DNA of 35,120 bases, taken from a virus. Lineage: Duplodnaviria; Caudoviricetes. A program made the translations under genes and the position numbers. Position 1 is the first letter of the stretch. The number at the start of each line of letters is the position of its first letter. Positions 6,771 to 15,389 of the stretch are shown piece after piece. The notes beneath the pieces are model-generated. The model ran no database searches and was not told where the DNA came from. It saw only the letters and a program-made list of their open reading frames with translations. The stretch is from positions 1-35,120 of the IMG/VR virus record IMGVR_UViG_3300020043_000969. The stretch is one strand, 5' to 3'.

Positions 6771-7005
6771 CGAGGAATGGCGTAACGAATGTGAGGCCAG
6801 GGATTTACTTACTTGGCCTTTAGCAAAAAGACGGAAACAACTAGCCTTAGTATTAGAAAAGCGTGGTGAAGTTGGGTACTACAAACTAACACAGGAAATG
6901 ACTAGACAATGGACAGAAAAACAGACCATGCACTTGAATCAGCCCAATTTATCTTTGACCACTCCGACCAGTACGCAAAAGCGTACTCAAGGCGAATTGC
7001 TTTAG
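6697..7005 (+). CDS. Hypothetical protein (SEEWRNECEAR motif)
   Basis: Fills the 6770-6909 gap and overlaps both neighbours; start uncertain. Confidence 0.55.
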   Translation: MPEKDGSNGELGSAIRLNNSKNSYSEEWRNECEARDLLTWPLAKRRKQLALVLEKRGEVGYYKLTQEMTRQWTEKQTMHLNQPNLSLTTPTSTQKRTQGELL

Positions 7006-7244
7006 AGCATCATATAAAAGCAGAAAAAAGCGTACAGATGATTGCATCTAGCCAGCCTAGCATTTCCGGCAAGGAGATGGAGGCGCAAGCCAGCGACTCT
7101 TTTAGACAAAAGATAGATGAGTTAGAAGCTGCGGCTTACAATGAAAAAAGGCTCTACAACCAAATCAAAGCAAAAGAACTAATGATAGAGATATATAGAA
7201 CAGAAAGTGCTAATAATCGTATTCTTGATCGTGCTGTAAGATGA
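6909..7244 (+). CDS. Helical hypothetical protein
   Basis: 111-aa coiled-coil ORF in operon. Confidence 0.75.
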   Translation: MDRKTDHALESAQFIFDHSDQYAKAYSRRIALEHHIKAEKSVQMIASSQPSISGKEMEAQASDSFRQKIDELEAAAYNEKRLYNQIKAKELMIEIYRTESANNRILDRAVR

Positions 7245-7318
7245 TTGATTTACCATACTACATTGGGCTGGCTATATTTATTGCGCTAGGTATATCAATT
7301 TGGGTTACATTTAGGTAA
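7241..7318 (+). CDS. Membrane peptide, 25 aa (not in ORF track)
   Basis: MIDLPYYIGLAIFIALGISIWVTFR; ATGA and TAATG coupling. Confidence 0.6.
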   Translation: MIDLPYYIGLAIFIALGISIWVTFR

Positions 7319-7605
7319 TGTATAGAAACAAAAAACTGCTTGAGTATGCAAGAAAACTACCCTGCCAACATTGCGGCATTGACGATGGAACAGTCGTTGC
7401 GGCACATAGTAACCAGCTTCGAGATGGTAAAGGTAGAGGACTTAAATCGCATGATTACCGTATTGCGGCCCTCTGCTATAGCTGCCACTCGAACCTCGAC
7501 CAAGGACAAGTGCTGTCAAAATCCGATAGGGTACAGATGTTTGAGGATTCACATCGTTCCACTATTGGTGAATTTTTTGAACGGGGATTTATTACCGTAT
7601 CCTAA
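7318..7605 (+). CDS. DUF1364/YbcO-like Zn-binding HNH-fold protein
   Basis: LPCQHCG...TVVAAHSN...GKGRGLK.HD...ALCYSCH. Confidence 0.75.
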   Translation: MYRNKKLLEYARKLPCQHCGIDDGTVVAAHSNQLRDGKGRGLKSHDYRIAALCYSCHSNLDQGQVLSKSDRVQMFEDSHRSTIGEFFERGFITVS

Positions 7606-7607
7606 GA

Positions 7608-7961
7608 CTACAGTTCGAGCGGATCAAGTCCTAATTCCGTAGCCACAAGTTTGCAGCGATCTCTAAACGCTTTTCCATGATGTAGCCATCTATCGCCCTT
7701 TTGCCGATGAAAGCTCATGTGTATCATCTCATGGCATAGTGTAGTTAATACGGTGTAATAATGGCCGCACCTAGCAGACGATACCGTAACGCTATGCTCA
7801 AAGTCCTCGCCTGTATCGTAGAGATATGTACCCATAATCTCAGGGTCAGCAGTAACTACGAAATCAACTTCTTCTGGTAGTGGCATCTTCCAACGGCTGT
7901 ACGGATAGCAACACGCTAAAGAAGCGTATAGATTGCTAAGTACGGCTGGAGTCAGTTTCAT
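7608..7961 (-). CDS. SprT-like zinc metalloprotease
   Basis: TLCHEMIH (HExxH) followed by HGKAF. Confidence 0.85.
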   Translation of the reverse strand: MKLTPAVLSNLYASLACCYPYSRWKMPLPEEVDFVVTADPEIMGTYLYDTGEDFEHSVTVSSARCGHYYTVLTTLCHEMIHMSFHRQKGDRWLHHGKAFRDRCKLVATELGLDPLEL

Positions 7962-7980
7962 GCCTTCATGCCATCATGCG

Positions 7981-8961
7981 TTACACACGGTTAATGCAGC
8001 CCCGAAACTCAAACTCATCTTCTCCGCTTACTTGGAAAATCTCTGGCAATAATAATCTTCCTTTTTCCCAAGATAAAAGCACCCCTCCAGGCCGCCAGTC
8101 ACGAGGGTTATCTTCCGTGTATTCAAAGGCCAAAGAGTGCGGATCTGCTAATGTTCCAGTCTGTACCCCATAACGAGTACCCATATTAAAATTAGGAGAT
8201 AGGTCTGTCCAAGGCTCAATCTTTAGCTGGTGCGTGTGACCAGTCACGATATTTATGCCCGCCATTTTAGTATTGATAAATCCATTGCCACGAAAGCGAT
8301 GCTTAATAACAGTATCCTCGTTTACATAGAATGACCAGCAAGATTTCCACATGGGGAAGAAATCCTTTAATTCTGTCATTGGCAAACCTTCTAATGCTGG
8401 GGCGTTTCTGGCGATATAGTTGGTCAGCCTCGCATCGTGATTTCCGGCAGTCCATATAAGAGGTATATGTTTAGGCGTAACCGCCTCAATGCCAGCCATC
8501 ATCTCAATGCAACATTCTAATTCTTCTTTTGCGGTAGGAGCTTTAGCCCAGCCCATTCGTGGATGACTAGACACTTGACCAGACCCATCAAACATATCTC
8601 CATTTGCCACGACTGCCTTCAATTCACCTTTAAAATGTTGGATCATTTTCAAAAGGGCTTTATACGCAGTAGTTACTTCTCCTGGCTGAAAATGAGCATC
8701 AGAAAATACAATAACTTTGCCCTTGTCTTTTATTTCAATTCCACGCCTTACATGACCAGGAGTTTGTTCTACTTTTTTTAGGTAAGCTGGATTTTGGCTT
8801 GCAAATGTATCTAGTTGGATACCGAGCCTATTCTCAATTGATCTGCGCCTAGCATATACATTTCGTATCGCAATGTTATGAATTTTAGCAAATTCTTGTG
8901 GGCTGCCAGTTTTATTCCAAGAAGCAATCCATTCATCATCTGTTAGGTGATAGCCAGCCAT
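7981..8961 (-). CDS. Calcineurin-like metallophosphoesterase with N-terminal HTH-like region
   Basis: SDAH, NGDMFD, GNHD, H, GHTH motifs; likely start MAGYHL. Confidence 0.9.
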   Translation of the reverse strand: MAGYHLTDDEWIASWNKTGSPQEFAKIHNIAIRNVYARRRSIENRLGIQLDTFASQNPAYLKKVEQTPGHVRRGIEIKDKGKVIVFSDAHFQPGEVTTAYKALLKMIQHFKGELKAVVANGDMFDGSGQVSSHPRMGWAKAPTAKEELECCIEMMAGIEAVTPKHIPLIWTAGNHDARLTNYIARNAPALEGLPMTELKDFFPMWKSCWSFYVNEDTVIKHRFRGNGFINTKMAGINIVTGHTHQLKIEPWTDLSPNFNMGTRYGVQTGTLADPHSLAFEYTEDNPRDWRPGGVLLSWEKGRLLLPEIFQVSGEDEFEFRGCINRV

Positions 8962-9023
8962 ATATGCCTTTGCTTTAAGATATTGAATATAATACAATAA
9001 ATTACTGAAAATTAAATGACATT

Positions 9024-9428
9024 ATGGAAGATCGGCTAAAAAACTGGGCTTGGTATGTTTCTTATGGGGTAATTGGCCCACAAGTAGAAACAACCTGTCG
9101 CTCGTTTGAGAAGAACTATGTTTCAGAGCTAGGTAATTTATACGCAGAGCCAGAGCCACATTATGAGCCTGACCATGTAGACGGTGATTTGATAGAGCAA
9201 GCGATTAAGGGTTTACCATTAAACCTACGGCAAGCGCTTAAACTAAGATATGTAAGCCATCCATACGCATCCATTAACCAACTTGCTAATGCCGCTAGAA
9301 CAACAGTACACAGAATAGAGTCAGATTTACAAAATGCAAAAAAACGACTCCAGCATGAGCTGGATAAAAAAGCCAAGTCAAATCACTATACGAACTTGCT
9401 CACGGTGCAAGATCAGCAAATCGACTGA
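9024..9428 (+). CDS. Late-gene regulator (antiterminator Q / sigma region-4-like HTH)
   Basis: RLKNWAW N-terminus; LPLNLRQALKLRY...LQNAKKRL C-terminal HTH; position before late genes. Confidence 0.65.
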   Translation: MEDRLKNWAWYVSYGVIGPQVETTCRSFEKNYVSELGNLYAEPEPHYEPDHVDGDLIEQAIKGLPLNLRQALKLRYVSHPYASINQLANAARTTVHRIESDLQNAKKRLQHELDKKAKSNHYTNLLTVQDQQID

Positions 9429-9516
9429 AAATGGAATGATGGAGATATATGGCAATGGTATATACCAACGATTCGTCTGTAAGACCTGCCATAGTAATAG
9501 CAACAAAGACGGCTAA
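9355..9516 (+). CDS. Small Zn-ribbon protein
   Basis: CSRC...RFVCKTC; overlaps both neighbours in a third frame. Confidence 0.55.
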   Translation: MSWIKKPSQITIRTCSRCKISKSTENGMMEIYGNGIYQRFVCKTCHSNSNKDG

Positions 9517-10147
9517 ATGCCTTCCTGTGCTGTTTTCGTCTATTGACCAGTATGTGCCATTAGATGTTACCGTTATCATCTCTGGGAGCGATCTAGAGCT
9601 TCCTAGACACCAAACCATTAACCTGCCAAATAACGGCACTAACTATGGTGATTCATACAATGATGCGGTGCAATATGCCTTTGATATGTTCCCTGAGATT
9701 ATTGTCGCAAACGATGACATAGTATTAACCCCTAGTAGTTACCCTAAACTCATGGAAGATGTAGTGTTGTTAAAAAACCACAAACTAGGCTGGGTATGCA
9801 GCAGATCGGATTATGTGCGTGGGCTACAAAACATTAGGAATGGCGAAGTACGCAATGGAATCAAATTTGTAGAGGAAGATCAAATATTCCCAAGCGATGT
9901 ACTTTCTCCTCTTTTTGGCTGGGTTAGTCGAGAAGCCTGGGTAGATTACAAGCCAATTAACTGGTATTCAGACGATATACAATGTCTAGAGATGAGGGCA
10001 AATGGTTTTGTAAACTATATTAGTCGCTCGTATGTTCACCATGTAGGAAGCCAGACGATTGGTATGGATCACCAAAAGAACAACCTAGAAGCGCAGGCAT
10101 GGATTAAGGTGTTTATGCCAGACTTGTACAAGTTGTGGTTTAGTTAA
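9449..10147 (+). CDS. Glycosyltransferase, GT2/GT-A fold
   Basis: IVIAT, NYGDSYN, ANDDIVL, WYSDD..C, VHHVGSQT motifs. Confidence 0.85.
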   Translation: MAMVYTNDSSVRPAIVIATKTAKCLPVLFSSIDQYVPLDVTVIISGSDLELPRHQTINLPNNGTNYGDSYNDAVQYAFDMFPEIIVANDDIVLTPSSYPKLMEDVVLLKNHKLGWVCSRSDYVRGLQNIRNGEVRNGIKFVEEDQIFPSDVLSPLFGWVSREAWVDYKPINWYSDDIQCLEMRANGFVNYISRSYVHHVGSQTIGMDHQKNNLEAQAWIKVFMPDLYKLWFS

Positions 10148-10161
10148 AAAAGCGTTAAAAT
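10133..10161 (+). promoter_or_regulatory. Possible late promoter
   Basis: TTGTGG - 17 bp - TAAAAT in the gap before the late gene block. Confidence 0.35.
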
Positions 10162-10198
10162 TGTCTTGGGCAAGTTCGCCTTAAATTCTCTTGACACC

Positions 10199-10570
10199 AT
10201 GAAACCACAAAAAACTACGATTATGATCGGTCTGCTGGGCGATAAGCCTAAGATGGGCGAAAAAGAAGAAGGTGGTTTACTGGCAGAGGATAAAAGCTCA
10301 TGCCCATTAGCCACTCAAGATGCCGATATTAACAAGGGCAATATGAAAAAGGCCGTTCTCACAGCCAATTATGGCGAGAAGGGCGATGGCGAAGGCAAGT
10401 GTAAGGCTTGTGAATACTTCTGCACACCAAAAGAAATGCCTGATTGTGGACTAGAAAAGACAATGGGCTACTGCGAAATCTACGATTTTATGTGCAACCA
10501 AAACAACGGATGCGATGCCTGGGAAGCTATGGGCAAAGAAGAAGAAATGGAATCTGAGTACGAGGATTAA
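10199..10570 (+). CDS. Cys-rich acidic protein (possible metal/Fe-S binding)
   Basis: CKACEYFC...C...GYC...C...GCDAW. Confidence 0.7.
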   Translation: MKPQKTTIMIGLLGDKPKMGEKEEGGLLAEDKSSCPLATQDADINKGNMKKAVLTANYGEKGDGEGKCKACEYFCTPKEMPDCGLEKTMGYCEIYDFMCNQNNGCDAWEAMGKEEEMESEYED

Positions 10571-11085
10571 TGGCTCATCCCCAGCAGTTTCAATTTGTAG
10601 AGTCTGTTAGGTCGGAATATCCCGATAACTTCTACAATGCAAAGGTTTTAGAAATAGGAAGTTTAAATATTAATGGCACAGTCAGAACGCTATTTGCTGA
10701 TTGTGATTATTTGGGTGTAGATGTAGGGCAAGGCAAAGATGTAGATTTAATCTGCGAAGGGCAAAAGCTAGACCACCCAGACAACACATACGATACAAGC
10801 ATTAGCTGTGAGTGTTTTGAGCATAACCCTTACTGGGCAGAAACCTTTAAGAATATGCATAGAATGACTAAGGTAGGTGGATTAGTCCTATTCTCCTGCG
10901 CTACTACTGGCAGGCCCGAACATGGCACTAAGAGCAGCAGCCCTCAAGATGCTCCGTTGATCGAGTGGGATTACTACAAAAACCTTACAGAAGAAGATTT
11001 TGATGTAAAGGGTATGTTTACACAGTATCAATTTTCTACCAACTCAGGATCTTGCGATCTTTACTTTTACGGAATTAAAAAATGA
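10570..11085 (+). CDS. Class I SAM-dependent methyltransferase
   Basis: VLEIGS, YLGVD, YD..ISCECFEH, KVGG motifs. Confidence 0.9.
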   Translation: MAHPQQFQFVESVRSEYPDNFYNAKVLEIGSLNINGTVRTLFADCDYLGVDVGQGKDVDLICEGQKLDHPDNTYDTSISCECFEHNPYWAETFKNMHRMTKVGGLVLFSCATTGRPEHGTKSSSPQDAPLIEWDYYKNLTEEDFDVKGMFTQYQFSTNSGSCDLYFYGIKK

Positions 11086-11243
11086 AACCTGGACTCTACA
11101 GTAATATCAACGCCAAACGCAAGCGTATCGCTGCTGGATCAGGCGAAAAGATGAACAAAGTAGGCAGCAAAGCTGCTCCATCTGCCAAAGACTTCAAACA
11201 AGCAGTTAAAACTGCCAAACCCATGAAGGCCAAAAAGAAATGA
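11082..11243 (+). CDS. Small basic protein, 53 aa (not in ORF track)
   Basis: MKPGLYSNINAKRKRIAAGSGEKMNKVGSKAAPSAKDFKQAVKTAKPMKAKKK. Confidence 0.85.
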   Translation: MKPGLYSNINAKRKRIAAGSGEKMNKVGSKAAPSAKDFKQAVKTAKPMKAKKK

Positions 11244-11401
11244 AGATGAGCAAAAAGCAAGCCAAGATTGGCAAGGTAATGGGCGAGTACAAAGAAGGTA
11301 CTCTACATTCCGGCAAGGGTGGCAAGGTAGTTAAGAATCCTAAACAAGCTATCGCCATTGCTATCTCAGAAGCAACCAAAAAAGCTCGTTATAAAAAATG
11401 A
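11240..11401 (+). CDS. Small basic protein, 53 aa, DUF6496-like (not in ORF track)
   Basis: KIGKVMGEYKEGTLHSGKGGKVVKNPKQAIAIAISEA. Confidence 0.85.
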   Translation: MKMSKKQAKIGKVMGEYKEGTLHSGKGGKVVKNPKQAIAIAISEATKKARYKK

Positions 11402-11886
11402 CAGACTTAGAGTTGCAGGCTCTCTTACAGAGCATTGCTAATCAAAGGGGCGGCTATAGCGACCCATTGCCCAGAGAAACAAGCCCATACACTATGCCAG
11501 ACCAAATTAATCCTGCGTTTGAGCAATATATGGCACGAGTATTCCAAGGTGGGCAACAAAATCAATTTTCCCCAGTAGGTTTAAATGGTGGTGGAGCAGG
11601 CTTTAACACAGGCAATGTTAAGGGCATGGGTTATGGCGGTAGATTAAGCGCAGACCTGCCGCTAACCGAACAACAGCTACTTAACCTAGGTGTTAGCGGA
11701 ATGGCTAACGATGTTACTTATGCTATGGGAACACCATATCAAGGTAGAAGTGCTAGAGCAGACATTACAGGCATAGATGCTACATTGAGGGACTTAGCTA
11801 GAAATCAAGAGTTTGGCGCATCTTTTGTAAAAGACCCAATTAAAAATGAGCCGTTCTACAGCCTGTTTTACAGAAAGCGTTTCTAA
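11398..11886 (+). CDS. Hypothetical protein with beta-barrel-like C-terminal half
   Basis: Amphipathic strands; ends FYSLFYRKRF; no signal peptide. Confidence 0.7.
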   Translation: MTDLELQALLQSIANQRGGYSDPLPRETSPYTMPDQINPAFEQYMARVFQGGQQNQFSPVGLNGGGAGFNTGNVKGMGYGGRLSADLPLTEQQLLNLGVSGMANDVTYAMGTPYQGRSARADITGIDATLRDLARNQEFGASFVKDPIKNEPFYSLFYRKRF

Positions 11887-12156
11887 ATGAAGATTAGGGA
11901 TGCTGCCAAGATATTTGAGCGCATAGGTGTAGCTGGGTATAACAAGCCCAAAAGAACTCCTAGCCATCCCACTAAAAGCCATGTAGTAGTTGCTAAAGAA
12001 GGCGATCAAGTTAAGACAATCCGTTTTGGTCAGCAAGGCGAAAAGGGCAGTCCAGATGGCAGCGCAAGGAATAAAGCATTTAAAGCAAGACACGCTAAGA
12101 ACATAGCCAAAGGCAAGATGAGCGCAGCGTTCTGGGCCAACAAGGTGAAATGGTGA
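11887..12156 (+). CDS. Small basic conserved phage protein
   Basis: KTIRFGQQG...FKARHAKNI...SAAFWANKVKW. Confidence 0.85.
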   Translation: MKIRDAAKIFERIGVAGYNKPKRTPSHPTKSHVVVAKEGDQVKTIRFGQQGEKGSPDGSARNKAFKARHAKNIAKGKMSAAFWANKVKW

Positions 12157-12157
12157 T

Positions 12158-13543
12158 ATGGCTTTATTAGACGAACAGGTTTATAGAGGCTACCCACAGA
12201 TGGGCAGGCGCAGAGCCATGCCTAATACCGATGTAGAGATAAATCAAGGGCTGCTAAGAGGCGCATCTTACTATCCGTATGATCTACTAGGCTCACCTGT
12301 AGACCTTATCAACATGGCACTTACGCCTTTAGGATTAGGATCAGAAAAGCCTGTAATGGGTAGTGCTTATTTGCAGGGCTTGGCACAAAGAGCTGGCCTA
12401 TCTGCACAACCCACAGGATCTAATGCAGAGAATGTAGCTAGATTAGCTATGTCATTAACAAACCCTGCTGCTGGAGCTAGGGCGGTAGGCAGGGTAGTAG
12501 AGCCAACAGTACAATCTTTAGGGCCTAAAGCTGTACAGATGGCAGAGAACTATATGCGCTCTACTGGCGGCATAGCAGACATTGTCCCAGTAAGTAATGT
12601 TCCTGTAACAACTAGGTCTGTAAGCCAGTTTGACCCAAGATTTGACCCAAGGGCAAAAGAGCAGGAGCGATTAAAAAATCTTAAAACTGTTATTGAAGGC
12701 CAAGTAACGCCACAGCAAAAAACGGTATCGCTTGTAGACTTTGAGGGCAGGCCATTCATTACCAGTATGTCAGACAGAACTGCTGCTGGTGGAGAGCTGG
12801 TAAGAGTTAATGATGTAAACCTTAATAGGCCAGTTGGTTTATTAGGCGGTCAAGACTATATGTTTAACAACGCTGGACAAGTATGGGCATCTGCACAAAA
12901 GCCTGTCACAGATATTCTTGAATTGGCTCAAGATTTGAAAGCGCAAACTGGTCAAAACCCATTGTATATACCTTGGAGAATGACTCCATCAGGCGGTGAC
13001 TTTGCCAACATGACATACGAAACAATGCTTAATTATGCCGAAAGCGCATTAAGCAAAACAGATAAAAAAGCACTCAATAAAACAATTAAACAGTTGATCC
13101 CAGATTGGAAAGGGATTGACTCAAAGGAAAGTATCCAGCAGTTTAGAGATGCACCAGACACCATCAGAAAAGAATTGATGAATCAGATGGATGTCAATTT
13201 TAGAGATGCTGGCGGCCTAAACATTGGAGAGGCTAGACTAGCTGTTGCTGATCCTAAACAATTAAATAGCAGAACTTTGGACATAATGAATGTGGGCGAG
13301 ATATTTGCTGATAGGCCAATGATTATGGATTCTGGTCATCCATCTTATCCAAGGGGCATAGCAGGGCAGGGGATCGGGATTATTGACCAGCCTAGAAGTG
13401 TCTTAGAGTTGTTGCCACAAGTGGTAAGGGATAGAGGCATTGCAGACCCTACAAACTGGTCACAGGCAGACAGAAGGGCTATGGAGATGAAACCCTATGG
13501 TGGCATCATAGATGAGCAGTTACTAAAGGCTCTTGGATATTAA
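12158..13543 (+). CDS. Putative internal virion / injected effector protein, 461 aa
   Basis: Ala/Gly-rich helical N-terminus plus globular C-terminal domain (SDRT, GGQDY, GHPSYP); function unknown. Confidence 0.6.
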   Translation: MALLDEQVYRGYPQMGRRRAMPNTDVEINQGLLRGASYYPYDLLGSPVDLINMALTPLGLGSEKPVMGSAYLQGLAQRAGLSAQPTGSNAENVARLAMSLTNPAAGARAVGRVVEPTVQSLGPKAVQMAENYMRSTGGIADIVPVSNVPVTTRSVSQFDPRFDPRAKEQERLKNLKTVIEGQVTPQQKTVSLVDFEGRPFITSMSDRTAAGGELVRVNDVNLNRPVGLLGGQDYMFNNAGQVWASAQKPVTDILELAQDLKAQTGQNPLYIPWRMTPSGGDFANMTYETMLNYAESALSKTDKKALNKTIKQLIPDWKGIDSKESIQQFRDAPDTIRKELMNQMDVNFRDAGGLNIGEARLAVADPKQLNSRTLDIMNVGEIFADRPMIMDSGHPSYPRGIAGQGIGIIDQPRSVLELLPQVVRDRGIADPTNWSQADRRAMEMKPYGGIIDEQLLKALGY

Positions 13544-13726
13544 GTATTCTGGTTTAAATGTAGAGGCAAACTGAGCATCGTATTTGTCCGTTAAGAATGT
13601 CATAACTTCTTCAATGGAAACAGAATCAACTCTTTTGCAAGCACAGATGGCCTCATGCCTATTAAGGGCGTGTAGCATCTCTGGCGGCATAGGAACTTCT
13701 ACATTGATTACTGGGGATAGTTTCAT
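13523..13726 (-). CDS. Small antisense-strand protein, 67 aa
   Basis: AAGGAGA RBS and TAAAAT -10-like element upstream; convergent 21-bp overlap with the 461-aa gene. Confidence 0.8.
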   Translation of the reverse strand: MKLSPVINVEVPMPPEMLHALNRHEAICACKRVDSVSIEEVMTFLTDKYDAQFASTFKPEYLISKSL

Positions 13727-13819
13727 AAATTCTCCTTGGTTCTACATTTTACTATACAAGCAATATTAAAAGTGTTGTAGAATAGCAACATCATCAACCA
13801 TTAACCCAAAGGGAATGGA

Positions 13820-14149
13820 ATGGAAAACGCTATAGAAAACAATAATGTAGAAGTTGCACCAACTAATAAGGGTGGTGCGCCTGTAGGTAATCAAAATGGC
13901 AAGAAGGGTAAGTTGTTCTACAACCAACTTAGGATCGCCTTAGTTCAAGAGGATAGCCGCAAGCTGCGTACTATCGCACAAAAGCTAGTAGATGCAGCAG
14001 AGCAGGGTGAGCCTTGGGCTATCAAGGAAGTGATCGACAGGGTAGACGGCAAGGCTGTGCAGGCTACCGAGATAAGTGGATTAGATGGTGGACTATTGGA
14101 AACCATAAACACAATCAACATCGTACTTAAAAAGCCTGATGGAGCTTAA
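13820..14149 (+). CDS. terS: Terminase small subunit
   Basis: GGAPVGNQN N-terminus, A..GE.WAIKE..DR.DGK; directly upstream of terL. Confidence 0.8.
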   Translation: MENAIENNNVEVAPTNKGGAPVGNQNGKKGKLFYNQLRIALVQEDSRKLRTIAQKLVDAAEQGEPWAIKEVIDRVDGKAVQATEISGLDGGLLETINTINIVLKKPDGA

Positions 14150-15389
14150 TGTAGAGTTCCCAGAGAAGTTAGAGTTTCTGTTCCAACCGAGCAGATACAA
14201 AGTTCTCTATGGTGGGCGTGGTTCTGGCAAGTCTTGGGGCGTGGCTAGGGCATTGCTAGTCATTGGTCTGCAAAAGAGTACAAGGGTGCTATGCGCCAGG
14301 GAGTTCCAAAACTCCATTAGCGATTCTGTTCATGCTTTATTAGCAGATCAGATTAAGTCTATGGGGCTAGAGGACTTCTACGAAATACAGAATACTGCGA
14401 TATACGGCAAGAATGGGACTGAGTTCTTGTTTGCCGGATTAAAGCACAACATCACCAAGATTAAGTCTTTTGAGGGTGTAGATGTATGCTGGATAGAGGA
14501 AGCGCAGACTACCAGTAAATCAAGCTGGGATACGCTGATTCCTACAATCCGCAAGGAAGGCTCGGAGATATGGATTACATTTAATCCTGAGTTAGATACG
14601 GATGAAACCTACAAGCGCTTTGTAGTGCAACCACCTAGCAATGCGGTAACGCAGAAGGTGAACTGGTCTGACAATCATTGGTTTCCTAAGGTTCTACAAG
14701 AGGAAAAGGATGATCTCAAAGAACGAGATATGGATGCCTATCTCAATGTATGGGAAGGCAATACAAGGCAAGTATTAGATGGTGCTGTGTACGCTAAAGA
14801 GTTAAGGAAAGCCCAAGAAGAAGGCCGTATCAAAGATATAAACCAAGATAAGGCTATCGAAGTAAGTACATTTTGGGATATTGGCTGGGCAGACATGACT
14901 AGCATCTGGTTTGTGCAAACGATACCAGGCGGTGAGGTAAGGGTCATAGACTTTTATCAGGACTGCCAAAAGCCTATAGATCACTATGTAGAAGTCTTGC
15001 AGAATAAAGGCTATGTCTATCGAGATCATTGGCTGCCGCACGATGCCGAGAACAAAAATATGACAGGCAAGAGCGTTAAAGATATTATGCAGAATATGAA
15101 TCTGCCAGTAAGGATAACCCCTAGACTGTCTATATCAGAAGGAATCAACGCAGCTCGTATGCTAATGAACAGATGTTATTTTGACCAAAACAGATGCGCT
15201 GAAGGTCTACAAGCATTAAGACATTATCGGTATGATGTAAACCCTGATACCAAGATGTTTAGTGATAAACCCTTACACGACCAGCACAGCCACGCCTCAG
15301 ATGCTTGGAGGTATGCGGCAGTAGCGTTAGACGAGCAACCGAACAACTGGAACAAAGCAATTAAGATCAACACAAAATGGATAGTCTAA
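14139..15389 (+). CDS. terL: Terminase large subunit (PBSX/Terminase_3 type)
   Basis: YGGRGSGKS Walker A, WIEEAQ Walker B, TFNP, WDIG nuclease Asp, SHASDAWRY. Confidence 0.97.
   Translation: MELNVEFPEKLEFLFQPSRYKVLYGGRGSGKSWGVARALLVIGLQKSTRVLCAREFQNSISDSVHALLADQIKSMGLEDFYEIQNTAIYGKNGTEFLFAGLKHNITKIKSFEGVDVCWIEEAQTTSKSSWDTLIPTIRKEGSEIWITFNPELDTDETYKRFVVQPPSNAVTQKVNWSDNHWFPKVLQEEKDDLKERDMDAYLNVWEGNTRQVLDGAVYAKELRKAQEEGRIKDINQDKAIEVSTFWDIGWADMTSIWFVQTIPGGEVRVIDFYQDCQKPIDHYVEVLQNKGYVYRDHWLPHDAENKNMTGKSVKDIMQNMNLPVRITPRLSISEGINAARMLMNRCYFDQNRCAEGLQALRHYRYDVNPDTKMFSDKPLHDQHSHASDAWRYAAVALDEQPNNWNKAIKINTKWIV

Noticed and set aside
7340-7642. 100-aa alternative-frame ORF
   Set aside because: Overlaps the motif-bearing 7318-7605 gene almost completely
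10570-11085. DNA methyltransferase
   Set aside because: Lacks DPPY/NPPY or PC catalytic motifs; looks like a small-molecule or glycan methyltransferase
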